A stretch of DNA of 64,000 bases from an uncultured virus (IMG/VR IMGVR_UViG_3300025736_000012) (Duplodnaviria > Heunggongvirae > Uroviricota > Caudoviricetes), in IMG/VR virus record IMGVR_UViG_3300025736_000012, one strand, 5' to 3'. Position numbers and translations under genes: made by a program. Shown one piece after another: positions 50,684-60,606 of this stretch. Under the pieces are notes generated by a model that was not told the origin of the DNA, ran no database searches, and worked only from the letters and a program-made list of their open reading frames with translations. Position 1 is the first letter of the stretch. The number at the start of each line of letters is the position of its first letter.

Positions 50684-51282
50684 GAGGCGTCATATACGTG
50701 GCTTATGGAGAGCGGGCCGTGATAGAAGCAACTGCGAGTATTCGTACTTTAAGAAAACAAAATCATTATCCTGTTGCCGTCGTCGGAGACAGAATTGAGG
50801 GAGTTGATTTTACCCTGGACAGTGAGAACATAGGCCAACCGGGGCGATGGGCCAAAACGATGCTTTTTCATACGACGCCATTCGTTGACACACTTTTCCT
50901 GGATGCCGACACACGGGTACACGGAGATGTGTCGTGGGGATTTAGGGCACTAGACGATGGATGGGATTTTGTAATCGTGCCAAGCAAAATAACTGGAGAG
51001 CCATTGCACCACCTGGATAAAAATGAGCGATTGGCGACACTGAAAGAACTTGGAGATAATTTCCCACTGATGCTCAATACCGGTGTGATGTGGTTCAAAA
51101 AGAATGAACGAACGCAGAAATTATTTGACGCCTGGCACAAAGAATGGTTGCAATGGAGACGGCACGACCAGGGGGCGCTACTCAGGGCGCTTCGTAAAAG
51201 TCCGGTAAAATTATTCATTGCCGGAAGACCATTTAACGGCGGCGAGATTGTAGAGCACTTATTCGGGAGGGCTGCCCTGTGA
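50680..51282 (+). CDS. Glycosyltransferase (GT8-like / NDP-sugar transferase)
   Basis: GVIYVAYG, TLFLDADT, NTGVMWF, DQGAL. Confidence 0.8.
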   Translation: MRGVIYVAYGERAVIEATASIRTLRKQNHYPVAVVGDRIEGVDFTLDSENIGQPGRWAKTMLFHTTPFVDTLFLDADTRVHGDVSWGFRALDDGWDFVIVPSKITGEPLHHLDKNERLATLKELGDNFPLMLNTGVMWFKKNERTQKLFDAWHKEWLQWRRHDQGALLRALRKSPVKLFIAGRPFNGGEIVEHLFGRAAL

Positions 51283-51890
51283 GAGATATTTGTATTATCA
51301 TACCGACGCTTGACAAACAACAAGGTGAAGACACCGGGCGACGGGCACAGATTTCAGCAGGTATGGACACCCGACTTGTAGTTATACACGACGAAAAAGG
51401 ACAAGGCTTTACGAAGACAGTCAACGCAGGGCTAGAGCGCACGTTATCAAATGAAGATGTTTGCTTTTTGAACGATGACATCAAGCGGTTTTCTTATAGT
51501 TGGCTGGCAGCATTACAAGCCGCGCTCTACGCAAAAGAGAATTACGGGATCGCTGTTCCGTCTGGGCACTGTGCATCGAGTATGAAGAGTGGACGATTAG
51601 GCAACACTGGCCTGGTACTTGCAAATACCGTTCCTTTTTGGTGTGCGCTTATACGGCGCGAGGTATTTGATACCATCGGTTACCTGGATGAGGATTTTAT
51701 TCATTATTCATCTGATACCTGGTTTTGTATCCAAGCACGGAGGGCGGACTGGCGTAGCGTCTGGGTAAAGGCTGTCTATCTCTGGCACGAGCATCAAGGT
51801 TCTGGATTCAAGTCTGATTGGAAGATACACGACTCTGATGTATTCAAGCAGAGAATGTTAGAAACATACACGCGGGATGTGTTCCAATGA
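51279..51890 (+). CDS. Glycosyltransferase family 2
   Basis: IIIPT, GFTKTVNAGL, FLNDDI, ALIRREVFDTIGYLDE. Confidence 0.85.
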   Translation: MRDICIIIPTLDKQQGEDTGRRAQISAGMDTRLVVIHDEKGQGFTKTVNAGLERTLSNEDVCFLNDDIKRFSYSWLAALQAALYAKENYGIAVPSGHCASSMKSGRLGNTGLVLANTVPFWCALIRREVFDTIGYLDEDFIHYSSDTWFCIQARRADWRSVWVKAVYLWHEHQGSGFKSDWKIHDSDVFKQRMLETYTRDVFQ

Positions 51891-52627
51891 AACTGAACAT
51901 CGTTACAGAGACAGAAAAACAACGCTGGTCACTGCGCTATGACGCTGAAAACCTGGCCGAGTGGATGCCTAGTGCAGTCATAACAGAGAAGCCCGATCCA
52001 GAAGCGGACGTGAATATGTTCATCAACTACGCCCTGTACGAACCTGTAGACACAGTAACGACGGCGATGTTCACACATCTTGAAAAAGAAGGAAAATGGG
52101 TGGACGTTTTCTTTGAGGTGGCCGATGCCGTAGACTGGTGTTTTGCGATGTGCAAGAATACATTGCGTCGTCTGCCAAAATGGAAATCGAGCATTATGAC
52201 GGTCTGGCCGTGCCCGCAGTATTATCGAGACAATCTTACCATCGGCATCTGTGGCCGTGACTACAAAAGTGGGCGCAAGCGGATGCACTGGGTAGACGAA
52301 CTGCGCGCTATTCCTGGGGTTGTGGTCAAGACGACAGACGGCAACGTGGCGAGGGAAGATATGCCTGCCTACTATGACGGCTTGGATTATCTGGTTGTCA
52401 TCAGCGAGAACGAAGGGGGGCCGAAGCCAGTAGTTGAGGCGCTGGCGCGAGGAGTTCCGATTATTGCTCCCGACGTTGGGTATAGTTGGGATTTTCCGGT
52501 ATTGCGTTATGAGACAAAGGAGCAAATGCTGGATATTGTACAGAGGCTCATTGTACCACATGATGCGTGGAAGGAAACGGCGCGGCAGGTAGCAGAAGTA
52601 AATCGGAGACTGATAAATGGAAGTTAA
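51887..52627 (+). CDS. Glycosyltransferase family 4 (GT-B)
   Basis: YYDGLDYLV..SENEGGPKPVVEALARGVPIIAPDVG. Confidence 0.85.
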   Translation: MKLNIVTETEKQRWSLRYDAENLAEWMPSAVITEKPDPEADVNMFINYALYEPVDTVTTAMFTHLEKEGKWVDVFFEVADAVDWCFAMCKNTLRRLPKWKSSIMTVWPCPQYYRDNLTIGICGRDYKSGRKRMHWVDELRAIPGVVVKTTDGNVAREDMPAYYDGLDYLVVISENEGGPKPVVEALARGVPIIAPDVGYSWDFPVLRYETKEQMLDIVQRLIVPHDAWKETARQVAEVNRRLINGS

Positions 52628-53027
52628 TGGAAACATAAAAGTTCAGGAATTTTATAATCCACTTACAGGCAAAGCAGAGCGTGTTGATTATAGGTGGGAA
52701 GGCGGCGATGTAACTGAAATCTCTATTTGCTGTTTACTTGATATGATCGGCAAGGAAAAACTTTCAGCCGGGGATACTTTTGAGATTGGGCCATTCAGGC
52801 TACGTGTTGCTGAATTTATGCCGTTGCAAGGTGCTTTCAAAGTGGTTCGGATACGCGGAGCAATTTCATATTTGCTTTTTTTGTGGCATAGGTGGGGATA
52901 CATCCCCGATTTAATATACCGCCGTTTGATTATCACGGCAACTGTTTGGAACTTGGCAGTTTATCAAAGAGGAAATATTCCATCGTGGCGTGATATAAAA
53001 CTTGTCCATAGGATTTTGAAGAAATGA
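52617..53027 (+). CDS. Hypothetical protein
   Basis: Coupled ORF inside the cluster; AT-richer than its neighbours. Confidence 0.5.
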   Translation: MEVNGNIKVQEFYNPLTGKAERVDYRWEGGDVTEISICCLLDMIGKEKLSAGDTFEIGPFRLRVAEFMPLQGAFKVVRIRGAISYLLFLWHRWGYIPDLIYRRLIITATVWNLAVYQRGNIPSWRDIKLVHRILKK

Positions 53028-54205
53028 GCATCGTTATTTACTCCGCTGTCTTTGGAGGTTACGACACGTTGCTACCAACGAGGTATCAAAGCCTATGCTT
53101 TACAGACGGCGGTATGCCGTCCGTGAACGGCTGGTCATACCAGTCTATTTACTCAGGCCGCGATCCGAAATGGGCAAACCGACGATGTAAGATTCTGGCT
53201 CACAAACATCTCAATTGTGAATATTCAATCTATCACGATGGCAACGTTCAAATGCTTACCAGTCCTGAAAGGTTAATAACGAACTATCTCAAAGACGCTG
53301 ATATGGCGGTGTTTACCCATCCTGAAGGGCGTGACTGTATTTACCAGGAAGCCCGCGAGGTGTTACGCCAGAGCAAGGCGAAACCGGGCACAGTCGGTGC
53401 ACAGATGGAACGTTATCACCAAGATGGATTTCCAGAGCACTTTGGATTATCGGCTTGTTACGTGCTCATCAGGCGACACACTGAGGCTGTGGAGCGATTC
53501 AACGAACTGTGGTGGAACGAGTACGAGAGAGGTGCAAAGCGTGATCAATTATCATTCGATTATGTGCGCTGGAAGACAGGTATAAAAGTGGCAACGTTGC
53601 CAGGGAATTTATTCAAGGGAACAAGTGATGATTTCAAGCGATTTCCCCACGAGAGACAACGACAGGATTTTGCAATGGTAGACTGGAAAACAGCTTACGG
53701 AAAACAGTTAACACCAGACGAGCGACAATACCTCAAGAACACCGCCTCGCTCATTGCCGGGCGGTTCACAGATCCGGTCTTTGTGAACATCGGTATTTTT
53801 CGCTATGCTTCGATGTATTGCTTACGGGCAGGTTCACAGAAAGCGAAATTGTATGGAATTGACATCAAAAAACCAGACGTTGATCCGTCTCCTAGCTTGC
53901 GTACCACTGACATCATAGCAGATAGCGTGACTTGCCACACGGCATTTGACGGGCCGATTCATCTGCTTTTCGTTGACGGCGATCATCATTATGCTGGGGT
54001 GAAAGCAGACCTGGTGAATTGGACACCTAAAATTGTACCGTGGGGCATAGTCGTGATGCATGACTATGCCCCACTGCCCAAGCACTTGGTACTACTGCCT
54101 CACCTCGAGGGAGTGAGGCGGGCAATCAGCGAATGGGCACAGGAAGCAAGATGGGAACAACTAGACACGCCGGACTCATTGGCAGCATACAAGAGGCCAG
54201 AATGA
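53024..54205 (+). CDS. DUF616-like glycosyltransferase fused to class I SAM methyltransferase
   Basis: VIYSAVFGGYD, KILAH, HP..RDCIYQEA, RDQLSF; C-terminal LLFVDGDHHY..MHDY. Confidence 0.85.
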   Translation: MSIVIYSAVFGGYDTLLPTRYQSLCFTDGGMPSVNGWSYQSIYSGRDPKWANRRCKILAHKHLNCEYSIYHDGNVQMLTSPERLITNYLKDADMAVFTHPEGRDCIYQEAREVLRQSKAKPGTVGAQMERYHQDGFPEHFGLSACYVLIRRHTEAVERFNELWWNEYERGAKRDQLSFDYVRWKTGIKVATLPGNLFKGTSDDFKRFPHERQRQDFAMVDWKTAYGKQLTPDERQYLKNTASLIAGRFTDPVFVNIGIFRYASMYCLRAGSQKAKLYGIDIKKPDVDPSPSLRTTDIIADSVTCHTAFDGPIHLLFVDGDHHYAGVKADLVNWTPKIVPWGIVVMHDYAPLPKHLVLLPHLEGVRRAISEWAQEARWEQLDTPDSLAAYKRPE

Positions 54206-54936
54206 AAAACCCGCAACCCGCTATCATACTGGCCGGGCCACGCACAGGCGGTACATTTTTAGCCTGCTGCCTGAGTAATCATCCCGACATATTTTGCACA
54301 AGGGGGGAGCCATTCCACCGGGGGAGCCGGTGGGGGGTGGCCTGCCAAGACCAGACTGAACGATTGAAATTGATCTGGTGCCAACAGCATTATCGAGCCT
54401 GTATGTGTAAGCTAATGCACAACCACGCAAGCCGTGAGCAGGTATGGCAATGTATCATAGAGTACGAGCCGCAGGTAAAGATCATTTATCTAACACGCGA
54501 GAATATTGTAGAGCAGTCTGTGAGCGTTGCGATAAACATTGCGCAACGCTCAGGGAAAGTGTGCGATCATCCGACGCATACATTTGAACAGGTACACCCA
54601 ACACCGGCAACGCTAGACCCGTATGATGTTTTCAACTGGTGTCGTAGTTTGACGCAGCGACAAGGGGATTGGAGCCAGCGATTTCAAGAGAGCGGATTGC
54701 CTGTCTTGCACGTGACTTACGAACAGATGACGAGAGGCGTAGAAACATCCAGTATTGCCAATTCTGCCACCGAGGAGATTTGTCAATTTCTGGAAGTACC
54801 ATATCGAGAGATGTATAGCGATATGCGTAAGCTCCACCGGGGAACAATGGCAGAGACAGTTGCCAATTGGGATGAAGTCGTTGCATTTTTGCAACAGACT
54901 GATTTTGCAGACAATGTAAATGAGGGGCTACAATGA
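54202..54936 (+). CDS. Sulfotransferase (Stf0-like)
   Basis: 5'-PSB loop ILAGPRTGGTFL..LSNHPDI..GE; 3'-PB IIYLTRENIVEQSVS; VTYE. Confidence 0.85.
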   Translation: MKNPQPAIILAGPRTGGTFLACCLSNHPDIFCTRGEPFHRGSRWGVACQDQTERLKLIWCQQHYRACMCKLMHNHASREQVWQCIIEYEPQVKIIYLTRENIVEQSVSVAINIAQRSGKVCDHPTHTFEQVHPTPATLDPYDVFNWCRSLTQRQGDWSQRFQESGLPVLHVTYEQMTRGVETSSIANSATEEICQFLEVPYREMYSDMRKLHRGTMAETVANWDEVVAFLQQTDFADNVNEGLQ

Positions 54937-55508
54937 ATTTAAGCAAAGCATTATCTATCCGCGCTGGTGGCACATCTGTGGCCGATCTGCAATGGTTAGC
55001 AGAGCAAGCACGAGGATGTGGAAATATTCTGGAGTTGGGCTGTTACCACGGGCGTTCGACACGAGCAATGCTTGACAACTCCAATGCCCGTCTCTGGTGT
55101 GTAGATAGCTGGAGTGGAGTTGACGAGGGTGGAGTGCAAGGCCGTGTCACGATTACGGACGCCGACTATCAAGTATTCCTAGAGAACATTGCAGACGTTC
55201 AGGGGCGAGTGACAGTGATGCCAATGTTCACACGAGAGGCTCTTGAGATATTGCCGCTTGGTATCTTTGACCTGATATTTATAGATGCCGATCACGATTA
55301 TGAGGCCGTCAAATTTGACATCGAAAACAGTATCCCGTTGCTCGAAGAAAATGCCATCCTCTGCGGCCACGATTATATTGAGCGATGGCCCGGTGTAGCA
55401 CGCGCCGTCGGGGAGATGTTCGGGGCTGATTTTGAGTTGTGCGGTCATCATATCTGGGCTGTTTCCCCTGAAATTTGGGATAAAACTAGGGATATAGGAA
55501 GCCCCTAG
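54933..55508 (+). CDS. Class I SAM methyltransferase (Methyltransf_24-like)
   Basis: LELGCYHGRST, CVDSW, FIDADHDYE, GHDY..PGV. Confidence 0.88.
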   Translation: MNLSKALSIRAGGTSVADLQWLAEQARGCGNILELGCYHGRSTRAMLDNSNARLWCVDSWSGVDEGGVQGRVTITDADYQVFLENIADVQGRVTVMPMFTREALEILPLGIFDLIFIDADHDYEAVKFDIENSIPLLEENAILCGHDYIERWPGVARAVGEMFGADFELCGHHIWAVSPEIWDKTRDIGSP

Positions 55509-55658
55509 ACGTGTTATGAGAGCAATATGTGTATATAGTATGGCGTTTTTAGGGGGTATAAAAACTACCCCTATATGTAGGGAAAAGTAGCAAATCCAAG
55601 GAGTTCTGTCTATATATAGGGGTACGAAAAAATGTTACAGAATTTTTTGCAAATATTT
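55496..55658. repeat. Dispersed non-coding repeat, copy 2
   Basis: Direct repeat of 17242-17404; followed by a 22-bp perfect palindrome at 55658-55679. Confidence 0.95.
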
Positions 55659-55728
55659 ATATCCCAAATTTGGGATATATTTGGGATATAATGGACACAA
55701 AACACTGTTTAGATGGGAGAAATAAACA

Positions 55729-56352
55729 ATGAGCGTTGATTTAACGAGAGCTTTGCAAATTCCGGTTCAGTCGTCTATGTTTGAACACGACTTGAGACGA
55801 CTCGCTGAACTGGCAACCGGTTGTCAGAAAATCATTGAACTCGGTTGCTATCACGGGCGCTCGACGCGAGCACTGCTCGACAGTAGTGACGCGCACATCT
55901 GGTGTGTGGACAATTGGAACTTGCCACCAGTCAAACCTGGTGGTCGTGAAGTGGGCGATAAAGACGTGGCGATCTTCCTTGCGAATATCACAGACAAGCG
56001 GCATAGGGTAACAGTCTTGAGAATGCTCACCAGTGATGCGGTTGGACTACTTCCGGCGGGTTGTTTTGACCTGGTATGTATAGACGCCGATCACAGTTAC
56101 GAAGCCGTCAAGTTTGATATTCTGCATTATGCCCCCCTACTGAAAACCGGCGGCATTCTGTGCGGGCACGATTACGGAAAAGGGCGCGAGGGTGTGATCC
56201 GGGCAGTAGACGAAACGTTAGCCGATCCACAAGTGCCGAAGGGGGGAGTTGTCTGGTGGGCAAGAAAAGAGGCAGACTGGATGCTCGTTAGTTCTGCCAA
56301 TATACGATCTAAAAAAATGCACTTTACATCTGTCAAGGAAGGCGATGAATAA
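55729..56352 (+). CDS. Class I SAM methyltransferase, paralog of 54933-55508
   Basis: IELGCYHGRST, CVDNW, IDADHSYE, GHDY. Confidence 0.88.
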   Translation: MSVDLTRALQIPVQSSMFEHDLRRLAELATGCQKIIELGCYHGRSTRALLDSSDAHIWCVDNWNLPPVKPGGREVGDKDVAIFLANITDKRHRVTVLRMLTSDAVGLLPAGCFDLVCIDADHSYEAVKFDILHYAPLLKTGGILCGHDYGKGREGVIRAVDETLADPQVPKGGVVWWARKEADWMLVSSANIRSKKMHFTSVKEGDE

Positions 56353-57112
56353 AACGATCACGATAGCGGCTTACAACAGACCCGACAACTTGCGCTTGCT
56401 CACTGATTCACTATATAACCAACAAGCATCCTTTGATGATTGGAAACTCCACATCCGTATCGACGCGGGTGGTGGGAATTTTGATGATGTCTGGGCGGTA
56501 GCAGAAGAAGTTGACTTTGTTGACACGGCGATTCATCGGGCGAGAGAGAATGAAGGTATAAACCAAAATACCTACTGGCTAATGAATCACGTATTTGACC
56601 ACGAAGGGGCTGGCTACAACCTGTACCTGGAAGATGACCTGGTACTATCTCCTGATGCGCTTGACGTCGCAAACTGGTACATTGAAAACGAAGCGCAACT
56701 ATTAGCCACGCCAGGCCTCGATGACATCGGGGCATTATGCTTGTGTAAAATGCACGATATGGGACGAGAGAATCCTCAAGACCTACTTTTCTCGCGGGCC
56801 TTTGTTGGGTGGGGCTTTTTGATGGGTGAGCGCCAGTGGTGGTCTTATGGCAATCCGGCTTGGTGCAACGCCGAGATATTGTGGGGGCGTCCGGGGATGT
56901 GGGACAACAGCGTGGCAAACTACATTAGAAAGCGGGGGGAGCGAGTGTACAATCTATTTCCCGCCCTATCCCGTGTGACAAATACTGGACGTGTCGGAAC
57001 TCACTTCACAGCCAAGAAATATGACAAGCGGATGGCCGGACACGTTTATCAGCAAAAACACTGGGTGTTTGATTATCAATTTGGAGGATGGGCTAGTGGG
57101 CCAAAAGCGTAA
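56345..57112 (+). CDS. GT-A fold glycosyltransferase
   Basis: IAAYNRP, IDA, LYLEDDLVLSPD, WG, WD, SRVTNTG. Confidence 0.8.
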   Translation: MNKTITIAAYNRPDNLRLLTDSLYNQQASFDDWKLHIRIDAGGGNFDDVWAVAEEVDFVDTAIHRARENEGINQNTYWLMNHVFDHEGAGYNLYLEDDLVLSPDALDVANWYIENEAQLLATPGLDDIGALCLCKMHDMGRENPQDLLFSRAFVGWGFLMGERQWWSYGNPAWCNAEILWGRPGMWDNSVANYIRKRGERVYNLFPALSRVTNTGRVGTHFTAKKYDKRMAGHVYQQKHWVFDYQFGGWASGPKA

Positions 57113-57377
57113 ACTGAAACGCCAACAGGTAGAGAATCTATTCATCTTTGAGAGTATTCTGTACAAGATGAATGGACTGCTTATAACGGTTTCTCCAGAA
57201 GATGAAAAATACAGAACGGCATACCGTAACCTGTTCAAGAAGAAAGGCAAGTGGCTGCCTGATGGATTCTACACATTGAAAAACGGCAAGATGAAGCCGT
57301 CGTTTTTCAATGGTTCAGAAGAAGATCTGCAAACCGCCTTGATGGTACTTGCCGACAGCCTGGGAATTGGGCAATGA
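57096..57377 (+). CDS. Hypothetical basic protein
   Basis: GGAGG RBS, GTG start, coupled to the next gene. Confidence 0.45.
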   Translation: MGQKRKLKRQQVENLFIFESILYKMNGLLITVSPEDEKYRTAYRNLFKKKGKWLPDGFYTLKNGKMKPSFFNGSEEDLQTALMVLADSLGIGQ

Positions 57378-57991
57378 AATCTTACTACTTGAAACTGAAT
57401 CACGAGATGTTGGCCTATGCCGTCCTCCAGCGTACAGCGATCCGGCGACTTGATTTGATGTACTCAGAGATTATCGAGTACGATATGGCGCTAATAAGGC
57501 CCTGGTTGTCCGACGAGGCTGACGCTATCCTCGACATCGGGTGTGGCATTGCCGCCATAGATGCACGTTTGTATTCACTGTATCCTGATGCTGACTTTTA
57601 TTTACTGGATAAAACATCAATCAACGCAGAATATGGAACAGAAACCCAAGACGCTTTCTATACGTCGCTTCGGACAGCGTGGAAACTGATGGGCAACAAC
57701 GGTGTGCCCGCAAAGCAGATTCACCTGCTTGAGGCAACAGATGACTGTGAGATCCCTACAGATGTAAAAGTAGACTTGGCACTTTCTTTGTTTGCATGGG
57801 GTTGGCATTTCCCACTGGAAGCTTATGCAAAAGAAACCAGTCGTCTAGTTCGCCCTGGAGGACTTTTGATAATAGACGTTCGCAATGACGAAGGCAGGGA
57901 TGAATTGCTAAAGTCTTTTGAACTTGAGTGTAGTCTTGAATTATTCGACGGCGAGCGTCGTTTCTATCGGAGGAAAAATGACAGCGGCTAA
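57374..57991 (+). CDS. Class I SAM methyltransferase
   Basis: ILDIGCG, DLALS..WGWHFP, RPGGLLIID. Confidence 0.85.
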   Translation: MKSYYLKLNHEMLAYAVLQRTAIRRLDLMYSEIIEYDMALIRPWLSDEADAILDIGCGIAAIDARLYSLYPDADFYLLDKTSINAEYGTETQDAFYTSLRTAWKLMGNNGVPAKQIHLLEATDDCEIPTDVKVDLALSLFAWGWHFPLEAYAKETSRLVRPGGLLIIDVRNDEGRDELLKSFELECSLELFDGERRFYRRKNDSG

Positions 57992-58703
57992 TCCGGCGGT
58001 ACTCATTACACTGCAACGAACGGGCGGAAGCTGGTTGGCTGGTTGCCTGAGCAATCACCCGGACATCTTCTGTGAACGAGGGGAGCCGTTAGCGAAACGT
58101 AGCCAATGGGCCAAAGCTGCGCCTGACGAAGTAGCGCGTCTTGAATTGATCTTGCACTCGCAGCATTACAAGATCGCAATGTGTAAGCTAATCAATAATC
58201 ACGCTTTCCGTTCACCGGTATGGAAATATCTCACGTCTCAAGCGCCACCCGTCAAGGTGATTTTCCTGAAGCGTGAAAACATTCTCAACCAGGCAATCAG
58301 TCACGAGATAAACGCCGGACGGCGGTTGGGAACTATAAAGGGACATCCAACGCACACCTTCACACCTGTTGATTTGCCACCGTGTAAACTCGGTCCCGGC
58401 AGTGTGCTGGCCCGCTGTAATGATGAGGCCGGACGCTACTTTTTAGCCGAAAGAAAACTAACGAGAAGCAATCTCCCAGTTTTGAACTTGACTTATGAGC
58501 AGATTACAGGCGGCGAAAACGCTAGTTGGATACCAGAAACTTTTGGACGGTCAATATGTGGTTTTCTTGGCGTTCCATATTTACCACTCTCGTATGCAAT
58601 GCAGAAGGTTCACCATGCGCCCTGGCGGGATACGATTTCAAATTGGAAGGCCATCGTTGGGCACTTGCGTGGAACAGAGTACGAACAGTTTGTGGAGGAA
58701 TAA
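57978..58703 (+). CDS. Sulfotransferase (Stf0-like), paralog of 54202-54936
   Basis: ITLQRTGGSWL..LSNHPDI..GE; IFLKRENILNQAIS; LTYE. Confidence 0.85.
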   Translation: MTAANPAVLITLQRTGGSWLAGCLSNHPDIFCERGEPLAKRSQWAKAAPDEVARLELILHSQHYKIAMCKLINNHAFRSPVWKYLTSQAPPVKVIFLKRENILNQAISHEINAGRRLGTIKGHPTHTFTPVDLPPCKLGPGSVLARCNDEAGRYFLAERKLTRSNLPVLNLTYEQITGGENASWIPETFGRSICGFLGVPYLPLSYAMQKVHHAPWRDTISNWKAIVGHLRGTEYEQFVEE

Positions 58704-59410
58704 TGGCTTACGCGACAATAGCAATATTCAAAGCCGAGATTGACCTTAAAGACACCGCTGGGAAATGGACAGCGACGATCACTCGTTTGCTCGATAGCGC
58801 CACCAGAAACATCGACCGGTTTTGTAATCGTCCCGATGGGTTTACGGCAGATGATAGCGCCACCGCTCGTTATTATTCTGGCTCAGGAAAGCCCTATCAA
58901 TTGATAGACGAGTGCACGTCAATCTCAACAGTCGCTGTAAAAAACTCACCAAGCGACGATGAAGACGAATACACGGCCTGGACGGTGGGAACCCTGGGCA
59001 TTACGACAGATGCGGACTGCTTTCCGGCGACGGGTGATCCGAAGTTGCCTGACTACGTATCTATGCCTTACACGATGCTCGTCATTGGGGCAAACGCAGC
59101 TTATAGTCTATTCACCAGTGGGGACTATTCTTTCAAGGCTGGATTCAAACCCCACACGACTGTCTCGCGGGGCGTTCCTACTGTCAAAGTTACGGCCAAG
59201 TGGGGCTGGGCGACAGATACGCCAGCAGACATCGTGACGGCATGTATTATGCAATCGGCGCGCTGGTTCAAGCGTCTTCAGGCTGCAATGAGTGACACGC
59301 TGGCAAGTGGGGAGTTGGGGACGTTGATGTATACGCAAAGTCTCGACCCAGACATCAAGCGGCTGCTCGTTGATGGGCGCTATGTCAAGCCGATGACGGG
59401 GAGGCGGTAA
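58703..59410 (+). CDS. Head-tail connector (gp6/gp15-like)
   Basis: MAYAT, ATRNIDRFCNR, VKVTAKWGW, PADIVTAC. Confidence 0.8.
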   Translation: MAYATIAIFKAEIDLKDTAGKWTATITRLLDSATRNIDRFCNRPDGFTADDSATARYYSGSGKPYQLIDECTSISTVAVKNSPSDDEDEYTAWTVGTLGITTDADCFPATGDPKLPDYVSMPYTMLVIGANAAYSLFTSGDYSFKAGFKPHTTVSRGVPTVKVTAKWGWATDTPADIVTACIMQSARWFKRLQAAMSDTLASGELGTLMYTQSLDPDIKRLLVDGRYVKPMTGRR

Positions 59411-59779
59411 GTGGACGTCAGTGTTGAAGTGCGCGGGTTGAAAAAAATCCAAAGTGCTATGATTCGCACAGTTCAAGGCTTGCGCGGATCGCCGATGCTC
59501 CAGGCAATGCGTGATGCTACTTTGATAGTTGTGAGGGATGCCAAGATCAATGCCCCGGTAGACACTGGGCGATTGCGGGCAAGCATCACACCAGAGGTAA
59601 GGCAAGGAAATCCAGTCGAGGGAATTGTAGGAAGCAATGTACATTATGCGCCTTATCAAGAGTTCGGAACAAAGTTTATGAAGGGCAAATTCTATCTGAG
59701 CCGAGCAATAGAAAAAAACAAAGAGCGCATCTTTGCCATCTTTGACCGGGCAGTGGGCAGCATCACGAGGGGGAAATGA
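59411..59779 (+). CDS. HK97 gp10-like tail component
   Basis: APVDTGRLRASI, YAPYQEFGT. Confidence 0.88.
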   Translation: MDVSVEVRGLKKIQSAMIRTVQGLRGSPMLQAMRDATLIVVRDAKINAPVDTGRLRASITPEVRQGNPVEGIVGSNVHYAPYQEFGTKFMKGKFYLSRAIEKNKERIFAIFDRAVGSITRGK

Positions 59780-59780
59780 T

Positions 59781-60230
59781 ATGGGAGGCAGCACCCTAAC
59801 ACTAGCACAGATGTGCGATGCGATAGAAGGCAAACTGAGCGTCGCTTCGGGGATTGCCCGGAGTGAATCCTACGACGAACTGACCGAGGGACAACACGAA
59901 GATCTACTGCTCCAGGTCTGGCCGCAATCTGGTTCACCTGTGAGCACGGACAGCAGAACGCAGAAAGTGACACTCAACAACGCTGAGATCGTAGAGGAAA
60001 TAATCATCTTTGCCGACGTGTACCGCCCGCGTCGTCACCTGGGAGAGGATATGAAGGCGCTCGTTGGCGGGGTGGACGCGATCCGAGCGATAATGAAAGT
60101 TCAGGATTGCCCGCCGTTTGATTTGACAGGTATTCGCACGTTCAAATGGTCGTGGGCGATAGGCTCATTTGAATATCAGGGCGTAACAGACCTGCGTGGG
60201 CGGTTCACGATTGTGCTGAATGTGTTCTAG
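59781..60230 (+). CDS. Putative tail terminator
   Basis: Position and size. Confidence 0.5.
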   Translation: MGGSTLTLAQMCDAIEGKLSVASGIARSESYDELTEGQHEDLLLQVWPQSGSPVSTDSRTQKVTLNNAEIVEEIIIFADVYRPRRHLGEDMKALVGGVDAIRAIMKVQDCPPFDLTGIRTFKWSWAIGSFEYQGVTDLRGRFTIVLNVF

Positions 60231-60237
60231 GAGAGCT

Positions 60238-60576
60238 ATGGGACGATATACAGTTTTGAAACAATTGAGCACAGGACAACCTATTGGCGCTCTTGTCACC
60301 GAGGGTGATTTCAAACCCGGCGTAATCGGTGTGCTGTTGAAAAAGAATGCTCTCGCACCAGTTTACACGCCGCCTCTTTCGGAGTTGCCCGGCTGGGTGA
60401 GGAGAGGAAAAAGGCTTGCAATGATTGGAATTGTCACGGTAGCTCAATTTTTAGATGCCGACGATGAACAAGTAGCAGAATTATTCAAATACAAAACGAG
60501 CACGATTCAGAAGTGGAAACGAAATGCACAAGAATGGATTACGGCTTCACAGCCTGCACGAAGACGTAAAGGCTGA
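60238..60576 (+). CDS. Hypothetical protein with HhH-like segment
   Basis: PLSELPG..RLAMIGIVTVAQFL. Confidence 0.45.
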   Translation: MGRYTVLKQLSTGQPIGALVTEGDFKPGVIGVLLKKNALAPVYTPPLSELPGWVRRGKRLAMIGIVTVAQFLDADDEQVAELFKYKTSTIQKWKRNAQEWITASQPARRRKG

Positions 60577-60606
60577 AAATAGGTTAACTATCAGGAGGTA
60601 GACGAA

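Noticed and set aside
17242..55658. The two repeat copies as prophage att sites or genome termini
   Set aside because: Phage genes continue on both sides of each copy and no integrase is adjacent; kept only as an unexplained repeat
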